NCBI GenBank assembly: GCA_044376115.1 | Contig: JBILLK010000025.1 | Span: 32,001 to 96,000 of the forward strand | Length of the DNA: 64,000 nt | Source: Polyangiaceae bacterium | Lineage (GTDB): Bacteria; Myxococcota_A; Polyangia; Polyangiales; Polyangiaceae | Reading direction: 5' to 3' | In this document: in pieces, positions 52,512-59,765 of the stretch | How positions within the stretch are numbered: position 1 is the first letter of the stretch | Layout of the letters: the number at the start of each line of letters is the position of its first letter | Made by a program: the position numbers and the translations under genes | The notes under the pieces: generated by a model | Told to the model about the DNA's origin: nothing | The model's input: only the letters and a program-made list of their open reading frames with translations | The model's database searches: none

Positions 52512-53300
52512 ATGCCCGCGATGAAAACCCCGACCGGCTGGGAGACTGCCTTCGCCGCAAGGCTCTTCGACTTGCTCTCGACGCTCGAGTCGAGCGCCCT
52601 GATCGGGTTGGCCAAGAGTCGCGTCCGCGGTCTCGGCGAGCAGATGGCCTTCGCGTGTCTGGCCCTGGGCGCATCGGAGGGGCTAGCCGCGCTCGAGTCT
52701 TCGGCGACGACGCATCTTTGGGTGCCGGTGGTCGCGAGTCGTACCGGCCATCGCGAGCTCGGCAAAGAACTGCCCTTCGATGGCACGGTGTTGTCTCACG
52801 TCCTCTCGGGCGGGAGCACCTACGCCGTATCGATCGAGCTGGGGGATGAGAGCCTACGCTGCTTCGAGGGCTGGCTCGAGAGCGCGCCAGTGAGCGCGCT
52901 GACGGTGCCGATTCGGGTGGGTGAGCGGGTGGTCGGCGGTGCTGTGTTCTTCGCAGATGATGCGCCGTTCAGCGACGACAAGATCGAGATGGGCGAGCGC
53001 CTCAGTGAGGTGCTCGGGCTCACGGCGGAGGCCTTTTTCACCGAGCGGATGTTGTTCGAGCTGTTCGCCAGCGCCTTGCCGGAGTTGCTCGGTAAAGAGG
53101 CGGCTACCAGCTTGCCGCAAAAGTTGCTCTCGCACCTGCGGACCATGCGCGTGACCGAGGCTTATCGGCAGCGCATCAAGCTAGCGACCACGGTTGGTAA
53201 GCTAACCAGCCGCAGCGCGCTCGAAGGCCAGTTGGCCGAGCAGGTGTTGCGCGTGTTCGAGGGCTACGTCACCTCGCTCGAGGGCGGAGAGCCGGCGTGA
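52512..53300 (+). CDS. GAF domain protein
   Basis: SALTVPIRVGERVVG...PFSDDKIEMGERLSEVLG GAF signature; helical C-terminal extension. Confidence 0.7.
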   Translation: MPAMKTPTGWETAFAARLFDLLSTLESSALIGLAKSRVRGLGEQMAFACLALGASEGLAALESSATTHLWVPVVASRTGHRELGKELPFDGTVLSHVLSGGSTYAVSIELGDESLRCFEGWLESAPVSALTVPIRVGERVVGGAVFFADDAPFSDDKIEMGERLSEVLGLTAEAFFTERMLFELFASALPELLGKEAATSLPQKLLSHLRTMRVTEAYRQRIKLATTVGKLTSRSALEGQLAEQVLRVFEGYVTSLEGGEPA

Positions 53301-54079
53301 ACGAGCCGCGTGTGCGCGTCGCCGTGGTCGACTCAGGCGTCGACACCGCCCACCCTGCCTTTGCGGAGCTCGCCATTCGGACCTTCGGCGTGGTTCCAAA
53401 AGGCGTTGGGCTCGGCGTAGAGCCCTGTGAGCCCGGAGATGGCAGCGGGCACGGAACGGCTTGCGCGGGCATCATTCACCGCGTCGCGCCCTTCGCCGAA
53501 ATCATCAGCGTGCGCGCGCTTGGTCCAGACGGTCGTGGCTCGCGCGACGCCCTGATCGCCGCCTTGCGGTTCTGCGTCCGTGAAGGTTTCGACGTGGTCA
53601 ACCTCAGCCTGGGCGTCGACATGCCGAAGAACTCGCCGCCGCGCCCGACCGATCAAAAGTCGCTGCTCGATCTGTACGAGGTCGCCGACGAGGCCTTCGT
53701 CAAGAGCGTGATCATGGTCGCCGCTGGACCGAACGTGAGCACGATGCGCACCTACCCAAGCAAAGCCAAATCGTTGATCGGCGTCGGTCGCGGCTCCTTC
53801 GACGACCCGGAGCGACTCGAGCTCTCCTTCACCAGCGACTACGAAGTGATCGCCGCCGGCATGGATGTGCCGGCGCCGCTGGCGGGAGGTGGCGAGCGCA
53901 AGTGGTCGGGAACGAGCTTCGCTTGTCCGCACGTCGCCGGCCATGTCGCGAGGGTGCGCCGCGAGCTAGGCGCTGTCGACGCGGTGACCATTCGCGCCGA
54001 GCTTCATCGATTGGCACGTGCCCAGACCCGCGCTCGAGCGTCCGAGCCCATGAAGGAGGAACTCCGTGAATCCGCTTAA
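53297..54079 (+). CDS. Cytoplasmic S8 (subtilisin-like) serine peptidase
   Basis: VAVVDSG, GHGTACAG, NLSLG, GTSFACPHVAG; no signal peptide or prodomain; GTGA overlap with the GAF gene. Confidence 0.9.
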   Translation: MNEPRVRVAVVDSGVDTAHPAFAELAIRTFGVVPKGVGLGVEPCEPGDGSGHGTACAGIIHRVAPFAEIISVRALGPDGRGSRDALIAALRFCVREGFDVVNLSLGVDMPKNSPPRPTDQKSLLDLYEVADEAFVKSVIMVAAGPNVSTMRTYPSKAKSLIGVGRGSFDDPERLELSFTSDYEVIAAGMDVPAPLAGGGERKWSGTSFACPHVAGHVARVRRELGAVDAVTIRAELHRLARAQTRARASEPMKEELRESA

Positions 54080-55682
54080 CGCACTGCCTCAGCGCCCCGA
54101 TCTCGAACGCCTGCTTTTGTCGCGGCCTGCAGCGGAAGTCGCGGCGGTGCTCGCTGCACTGGCTGCGGAGCCGCTCGAGGCTGCGGCAAGCGCCGGGCTT
54201 TGCTTCGCCGAAGGCTCGCTCGCTTTGCGCGATGGACGCCTCGACGAAGCCAAACAAAAGCTGGAACAGGCCGCTGCATCCTTTGCTGCGTTGGGCGAGC
54301 GTGAGGCCAGTGAGTATTCGCTGATCGAGGCGGCGGTGGCGCGCACGCGGCGCGGTCGGCGCGAGCTCGCGGAGGAAGCGTTGGCCGTGGTCACGCCGCT
54401 GCTCGAATCGACGTTCGAAGGCGTGCGGGTGCGCGCGCTGCTGGTCAAAGGCTCGGCTTTGCGGGTGATGGGCCAGGCTGCTGCCGCGCAAGCCGCGTTC
54501 GTGTCGGCGCTCGAGCTTTCGCGCGGTTTCCCCGAGACCCGCTCGATGGTGCTCAATTCGCTCGGCACCATCTCGGTGACGCTGGGCGCGTTCGGTGCGG
54601 CGACCTCGCTGTGTGAGCACGCCGCGGAGGTCTGTCGCCTGCGCAAGGACGTGATCGGTGAGGCCATCGCCATGGGCCAACTCGGCGCTGCATCGCTCGG
54701 GAAAGGCGATTTCGAGGCGGCCCGTCGCTCGCTTTCGCGCCAAGAGTGGCTGTCGCGCGAGGTCGGCGATGCGTTCGGACAAACGCGCGCGTTGGTCTGG
54801 CTTTCGGAGGTCGCGCTGGATGACGGGCGGCTCGATGACGCGGTCGGTTTGGCCGAACGCGCGCTCACCGTCGCCGGCTCGGTGGAACCCAAGCTGACCA
54901 CGTTCATGGCCTACGCCAACCGCGTGCTCGGTCGGGCCAAGCTGCGCGCCGGCGATCGCACCGGGCTCTCGGCGCTCACCGCCGCCGAGGCGATCTTCCG
55001 TGAGCAGCGTTTGCCGCTGGGGCAGGCGCTGGCTGAACGCGATATCGCGCTCTCCAGCGAGCCGGTGGACTTGTTGCGCGTACGGCGCGCCGCTCAAACC
55101 TTGGCCTCGCTCGGCTTGGTCGAGCGGGTGCTCGAGTCGCTACCGACGCTGAACGCCGCGAGCGAAGTGGAGCTCGCGCTCGCCCAGTCGATGCCGCGGC
55201 GGCTCGAGCCGATGGAGGCCGCGCTGATGGTGTCCGAGCCCACCGTGCTCTCCGACACGGTCTTGCTGCGCATGGCCGCACGCAAGAACCTCGCGCGGCT
55301 GGCGCTGCTCAGCACCGAGGCGGAGGGGCTGCTCGTGGCGCTGGTGCGTGGTATGGCGCCGAACGCGCTGGCGAGCGCCGTGGACCACGCATCCACGGCT
55401 TTCGCTGTGGTCGGCCAGTTGGGCGAGCTCTCGCTGGTGGCGTGGTCCGCGCGTGCGGAGCCGTCGGCGGTCGAGGTGGATCTCGCGCGGCTGGCTGCTC
55501 AACACACGGCGCTGGTGCTGCTTTCGCAGGCGAAGGTGCGTTCGCCGGGCTTTGGTGGCGGTCTCAGCGCCGAGGTGGATGGGCTCGAAGTCGGAGCGCT
55601 GCTTACCGCTTCAACCTCGTCGATGGAGAAGCGCAGCGCGGTTGGGGATCTCGGCGGGTTTGCTGCGCTGGTTGCAAGCTGA
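54066..55682 (+). CDS. TPR protein with possible degenerate class III nucleotide-cyclase C-terminal domain
   Basis: MalT-like TPRs (VLNSLG, GEAIAMGQLG, DAFGQTRAL); overlaps S8 stop; GGAGG RBS. Confidence 0.75.
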   Translation: MNPLNALPQRPDLERLLLSRPAAEVAAVLAALAAEPLEAAASAGLCFAEGSLALRDGRLDEAKQKLEQAAASFAALGEREASEYSLIEAAVARTRRGRRELAEEALAVVTPLLESTFEGVRVRALLVKGSALRVMGQAAAAQAAFVSALELSRGFPETRSMVLNSLGTISVTLGAFGAATSLCEHAAEVCRLRKDVIGEAIAMGQLGAASLGKGDFEAARRSLSRQEWLSREVGDAFGQTRALVWLSEVALDDGRLDDAVGLAERALTVAGSVEPKLTTFMAYANRVLGRAKLRAGDRTGLSALTAAEAIFREQRLPLGQALAERDIALSSEPVDLLRVRRAAQTLASLGLVERVLESLPTLNAASEVELALAQSMPRRLEPMEAALMVSEPTVLSDTVLLRMAARKNLARLALLSTEAEGLLVALVRGMAPNALASAVDHASTAFAVVGQLGELSLVAWSARAEPSAVEVDLARLAAQHTALVLLSQAKVRSPGFGGGLSAEVDGLEVGALLTASTSSMEKRSAVGDLGGFAALVAS

Positions 55683-55712
55683 AGGTCGGCGAGGTCTGCT
55701 CGCGCTCTGCGG

Positions 55713-56822
55713 CTAGTCTCGGACCTCGGCCTTGAGGCCGGCGAGCAGCTCGCTCGGGTACTCGAAGAAGACGGGGATGCGGGCGCACCACGTCAATTCC
55801 AAGAGGCCCTCGTCGGGACGAAGGTGGAGCGTGCGCAGTTCGAGCGCGGCGCCATACCGGCCTGCGCCGGGCAGCGCGACTTCCACCGCTCGCGGTCCGG
55901 CCGGTACACGAAACGTGACCTCGCCGCCGCCGGGGAACAGATTGCGCGCCACACAACGATCTCCGACGCTCACGGCGCCGCAGAGCCCAGGCGCCGCAGC
56001 GCTTGCGACGCGCGGGTCCACGTCGCCTCGCGACCACGCTGTTGACGGAGTACCAAGCCAACCTCTGCGAGCCTCGAGCGGCTGGGCATCCTTCGGCATG
56101 ACGTACGGGTGGAGGAACTGAGCGCGGGGGAACTCGAACAGATCCACCGGGCCGTAGTCGGCGGCGATGGGCGCATCGAGCCAGGCGCGCACGTCGCTGA
56201 CCGCGAGCCGTTCGGGCAGCACCGGGTCGTTCGGATCTTCCTGCGAGGGCGCGAGGCGACCGTTGAGTAGCTGCGCCGTGGCTTCATTGCAGAAGCCGCG
56301 GCCCGCAGCGTTGCGCGGGTAGAAGGCCTCGTCTTCAGGGGTGCCCGCGCGCGCGTTTGCACCGAAGGCGCCGCGCTTTGCGCGTGGGCGTGGCAACGAG
56401 CCGCCGTAGGCGTTGGCCTTCGATAGCGGCGAGCGATCGAACGGCTCGGCGTTGGAGTACCCGAGCGCGCTGCCGGAGAACTCGATGCGTCGCGCACCGT
56501 GCACCCGCACGCTGCGTGCGAGCGAGCCCACCGTTAACGAGGTGTCAGCGAAGGACGCCTCCGCCCCGGGGTAGGCCGACCCGCTGAGGAAGACGTCACA
56601 ACTCTCGCGCGCCGCAGCCGTCAGCTCCGACTCTTCGACCAAGAGCTCGCCTTGGTAACGTCGGTCGCTCAGGATCGCGAGCGCCCGCGGCTGCTCGGGC
56701 TTGGGCCTGCCGAGCAAGAGATGAGCCTCTTTCACCAGCACACAAAGCCACGAGTCAGGCCCCAGGCCGAGGCTGCGAAAGGCTTGAACTTGCGCAGTGC
56801 GCGTCGTCTCGAGCGGCGTCAT
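55713..56822 (-). CDS. DUF2169 family T6SS accessory protein
   Basis: CDVFLSGSAY, VHGARR, AYGG, YPRNAAGRGF, AAPGL, LRTLHLRPDE..L.W. Confidence 0.8.
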   Translation of the reverse strand: MTPLETTRTAQVQAFRSLGLGPDSWLCVLVKEAHLLLGRPKPEQPRALAILSDRRYQGELLVEESELTAAARESCDVFLSGSAYPGAEASFADTSLTVGSLARSVRVHGARRIEFSGSALGYSNAEPFDRSPLSKANAYGGSLPRPRAKRGAFGANARAGTPEDEAFYPRNAAGRGFCNEATAQLLNGRLAPSQEDPNDPVLPERLAVSDVRAWLDAPIAADYGPVDLFEFPRAQFLHPYVMPKDAQPLEARRGWLGTPSTAWSRGDVDPRVASAAAPGLCGAVSVGDRCVARNLFPGGGEVTFRVPAGPRAVEVALPGAGRYGAALELRTLHLRPDEGLLELTWCARIPVFFEYPSELLAGLKAEVRD

Positions 56823-57514
56823 TGGGCGTCTCCGTCGACCATCTGTTTGACGAACTTGGCGACGGGTTTGGTCGACCAATCTTCGATCAGCGGAACGACA
56901 TCTGGTAAGCGGCGCCAGGTCTGCTTCAGCGCATCTGGTACGATCTCTTGGAGCAGCTCATTGCGTAGCTTGCCGCCTCCCTTCTCGAATAGTTTCCCAA
57001 GTCCAAGGCCCATAAACTTGTCGAGCAATCCTGAATAGAAAGCGGCTTTGAAGTCGCCCGCGGTGGGTGAGGTCACCACCGAATTGAGATTGACCACCAG
57101 ATTGATCTCGAGATCGATCGGGTCGGAACAGTTCTGATTGGTCGAGAACATGTTGGTGACGCAGCAGGCGAGCGGGTTCCCGTCGCTCGTCACGCTCATC
57201 ACCGCCATCTGACACTTCGACCCAGAGGTCAGGATGATCTTGCCCAATGCGGCTCCTTCCCCCGCTCCGGGCGGCGGGACCGGTACTGGAAAGTGGAATA
57301 TTCTGTAAAAGTCATACCCCTGTTGCATCATCGACCAATTGTCGGAGGTGACCTTGTCCGCCTTCTTCCACAGCGTGGCGAGTGGCCGGAAGAAGTCGTA
57401 TTGGCCCGAGGCGTGGGGGTGCATCGACATGGGAACTGCGGGCGCAGCGACGTACTCATGCAGCTCCAGCCCGTTGAGGTGGATTCCCGACGTATTGTAG
57501 AAGTTGCTGCTCAT
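56819..57514 (-). CDS. Divergent PAAR/PIPY-like spike-tip candidate
   Basis: Position in vgrG-DUF2169 cluster; His/Cys residues, PVPVPPP, V.SDG.PLA; lower GC than neighbours. Confidence 0.5.
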   Translation of the reverse strand: MSSNFYNTSGIHLNGLELHEYVAAPAVPMSMHPHASGQYDFFRPLATLWKKADKVTSDNWSMMQQGYDFYRIFHFPVPVPPPGAGEGAALGKIILTSGSKCQMAVMSVTSDGNPLACCVTNMFSTNQNCSDPIDLEINLVVNLNSVVTSPTAGDFKAAFYSGLLDKFMGLGLGKLFEKGGGKLRNELLQEIVPDALKQTWRRLPDVVPLIEDWSTKPVAKFVKQMVDGDAQ

Positions 57515-58530
57515 CGTTTTTCTCCAAGCACGGCCGCGCGAGGTAGTTCCTCGCCGGGCATCAAGATGGCGTGTTGAACCAGCAGGTGAAGCACCCCTTG
57601 TTCAGCCTCGAGGTGAGCGGCGCGGAAGCGCGTCCCCGACGCGCCTCGGCCGCGAGCGTCCCAGCGGACGAAGGAGCGCGGCTGCGGCAACCTGAGCTGC
57701 ACGCTGCCGGCCAGCAGCCCATCGACGCGCAGCTCTGTACCGGCCGCGAGGTCGTCGAAGATGCAGTGCAGCGAACCCGCATGAAAGCCGACGAACGGGC
57801 TGCGATGGCAGGCCCTTCCGAGGTCGGTGCGCGCATCGAGCGGGTTGCGCCAGCGCATGCTCGCGAGCTCCGGGCACGGCGCGAGGTTGCCCGGGATCGG
57901 ACGCGCCAACGGGTGCAGCAGCTGGTCGTGCAAGAGCTCGATGCGCGGGAGCGCTTTGCCCTCGGCGCGGCGCTCTTCGGTCATGAAGCCAGTGCCGCCG
58001 GGGTTGTAGGCGTCCATCGAGTCGTAGCCCGGATGCGGGAGGCGCGTACGCGGCTCGATCCCCGGCGGCGTATGCTCGGTGCCGCCGAACGAGTCCTCCC
58101 AACGCAACGCAAACGGCTCGAAGGCGGTGGCTTGGCTGGGTACGAAGCCGGCCGGGCCGCGCAGCCAATGACGCGCCGAGCGACACACGAGCTCGACCTG
58201 CTCGCGGCCGACGCGCAGGGTGACGCGACGAGCCAGTTCGCCGCGCAGCGTGCCGTGTACGAGCCCGTTCACGGTCACGCTGGTGCCGTTGGTTGCGGTG
58301 GCCGCAAAGGCGCGCTCGAGCTCCGCCGGCAGCGGCACTTCGACCGGTACCAGCGTGTCCCGCTCGAGGCGGTAGGCCTCGTGCACACAGAGCGTGGCAA
58401 AGCGCTGGACGCGTTCGGGCGCGGGCTGCGGCTCGAAGCGAAGGGGAAACGAGACGCCGGCGTTCTCTTCGAGCGCGGCACGGCCGAGGTGAACTCGTAA
58501 CTTGGTTTCGTTGTGAACGAACATCTTCAT
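57511..58530 (-). CDS. Second, divergent DUF2169 family protein
   Basis: LRVG...RHW...PS...FEPFALRWEDSFGG, YNPGGTGF, LPRIE. Confidence 0.7.
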   Translation of the reverse strand: MKMFVHNETKLRVHLGRAALEENAGVSFPLRFEPQPAPERVQRFATLCVHEAYRLERDTLVPVEVPLPAELERAFAATATNGTSVTVNGLVHGTLRGELARRVTLRVGREQVELVCRSARHWLRGPAGFVPSQATAFEPFALRWEDSFGGTEHTPPGIEPRTRLPHPGYDSMDAYNPGGTGFMTEERRAEGKALPRIELLHDQLLHPLARPIPGNLAPCPELASMRWRNPLDARTDLGRACHRSPFVGFHAGSLHCIFDDLAAGTELRVDGLLAGSVQLRLPQPRSFVRWDARGRGASGTRFRAAHLEAEQGVLHLLVQHAILMPGEELPRAAVLGEKR

Positions 58531-59060
58531 GCCTCGCTTTCGGTTGCACGGGCCGCGGTGGTCCAAGGCAGCGGACCAGGGCAAGGATCGTCGTTGAGCC
58601 CGATGTGTTCGGCGTCGACGCGCACGTCGCTGCGGGCTCGCAGCACGATCTCGCCCTCGTTCGCCTGCGACTCGATGGTGTTGGCCTCGCTGCGGTCGGT
58701 CCCGCGCACGGTGGTGTGACGGTCCCCGCCGATCACCGCTCGCAGATCGCCGGCGGCGCCTAGCTCGAGGTTGCCGTGGCTTTTGACGCTCACGTGATCG
58801 GCCGCGAGCGAGAGCGAGCGCGTGCCCACGAGCTCGAGCTCCGCCGCTTCAAAGCGCAGCTTGGCGCCATCGCGGCCGAGCGAGATCGAGAGTTCGATCT
58901 GACCCTCGCGCGAGCGGACGCGGAGTACGTCGCCTTCCGTCGTCGAGCCTACGCTGAGCCGCCGACCGTGCGCCAAGAGCAGCGTGCTCTCTTCCTCCTG
59001 TGCCGGCTCTTCGGTTAGCAACTCGAGCGAGGTGCTGGACGTGCCTTGAGGTTGCATCAT
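58527..59060 (-). CDS. Stand-alone gp5 C-terminal-like beta-strand repeat protein
   Basis: Alternating beta-strand repeats, VIGGDRHTTVRG, ends DVRVDAEHIGLND, resembling the VgrG tip. Confidence 0.55.
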   Translation of the reverse strand: MMQPQGTSSTSLELLTEEPAQEEESTLLLAHGRRLSVGSTTEGDVLRVRSREGQIELSISLGRDGAKLRFEAAELELVGTRSLSLAADHVSVKSHGNLELGAAGDLRAVIGGDRHTTVRGTDRSEANTIESQANEGEIVLRARSDVRVDAEHIGLNDDPCPGPLPWTTAARATESEA

Positions 59061-59761
59061 CGGTCGGCTCCTCGTTTGGTGACGGCTTCTTCGAAGCGAA
59101 CGCGAAGTTGGGGGCTCTCCTGGAAGCGAGTGGCCCACAGCTGGGTCAACTGTTGGAAGGCCGCTTCGCTTGCAAAGCCGTGGCTTTGCAAGATGGCCAG
59201 TCGCTCGGCTGGCTTGCTGCGGAGCTGTGCTGAGAGCTCGGCGAACGGCTCCAGGCGTAAGAAGCGCAGCTCCCCAGCGGCGTTGAAGGGCATGGTCGCA
59301 TCGAGTCCGCCGACCACCGGTAAGGTCTCTCCGCTCGGGTCCACCTCGCGCGGCTCGGGCGAAGCAACGACCTTCGCGGACGCTGCCGCCTTTGCGCGAA
59401 AGGGGAGGGCAGGCTTTTGCACGTCCGGCACCGCGGCTTGACCGAACGGCAAGGCTGCGGCGCGGTTGGGCGCAGGGAGCTGCGTCTCGTCAACATTGAT
59501 GGCGCCCGGAATTGGCGCCTTGAGCTGCTCTTCGACGTTACGCGTGTGCTCGTCGGCGAGCGTTTCATCCCCGGCACTAACGCCCTTAGCGAGCGCCCGC
59601 AAATGGGCGCGTTGCGCCTGATACCAGGCCTCTTCGTCGATCTGCTCCTGCTCGAGTCGAGTCGCTCGTGCGTCTGGGGTGAGGCCAAGCATGGAGGCCG
59701 CGAGCTTGCTCCACATGGAGAAGGAGATGTCTTCCGGTCGTGAGATGGTTTGCTTGTTCAT
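59057..59761 (-). CDS. Hypothetical protein with two related helical domains
   Basis: Packed between vgrG and the next gene (ATGA overlap); Pro-rich linker. Confidence 0.65.
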   Translation of the reverse strand: MNKQTISRPEDISFSMWSKLAASMLGLTPDARATRLEQEQIDEEAWYQAQRAHLRALAKGVSAGDETLADEHTRNVEEQLKAPIPGAINVDETQLPAPNRAAALPFGQAAVPDVQKPALPFRAKAAASAKVVASPEPREVDPSGETLPVVGGLDATMPFNAAGELRFLRLEPFAELSAQLRSKPAERLAILQSHGFASEAAFQQLTQLWATRFQESPQLRVRFEEAVTKRGADR

Positions 59762-59765
59762 GGTG

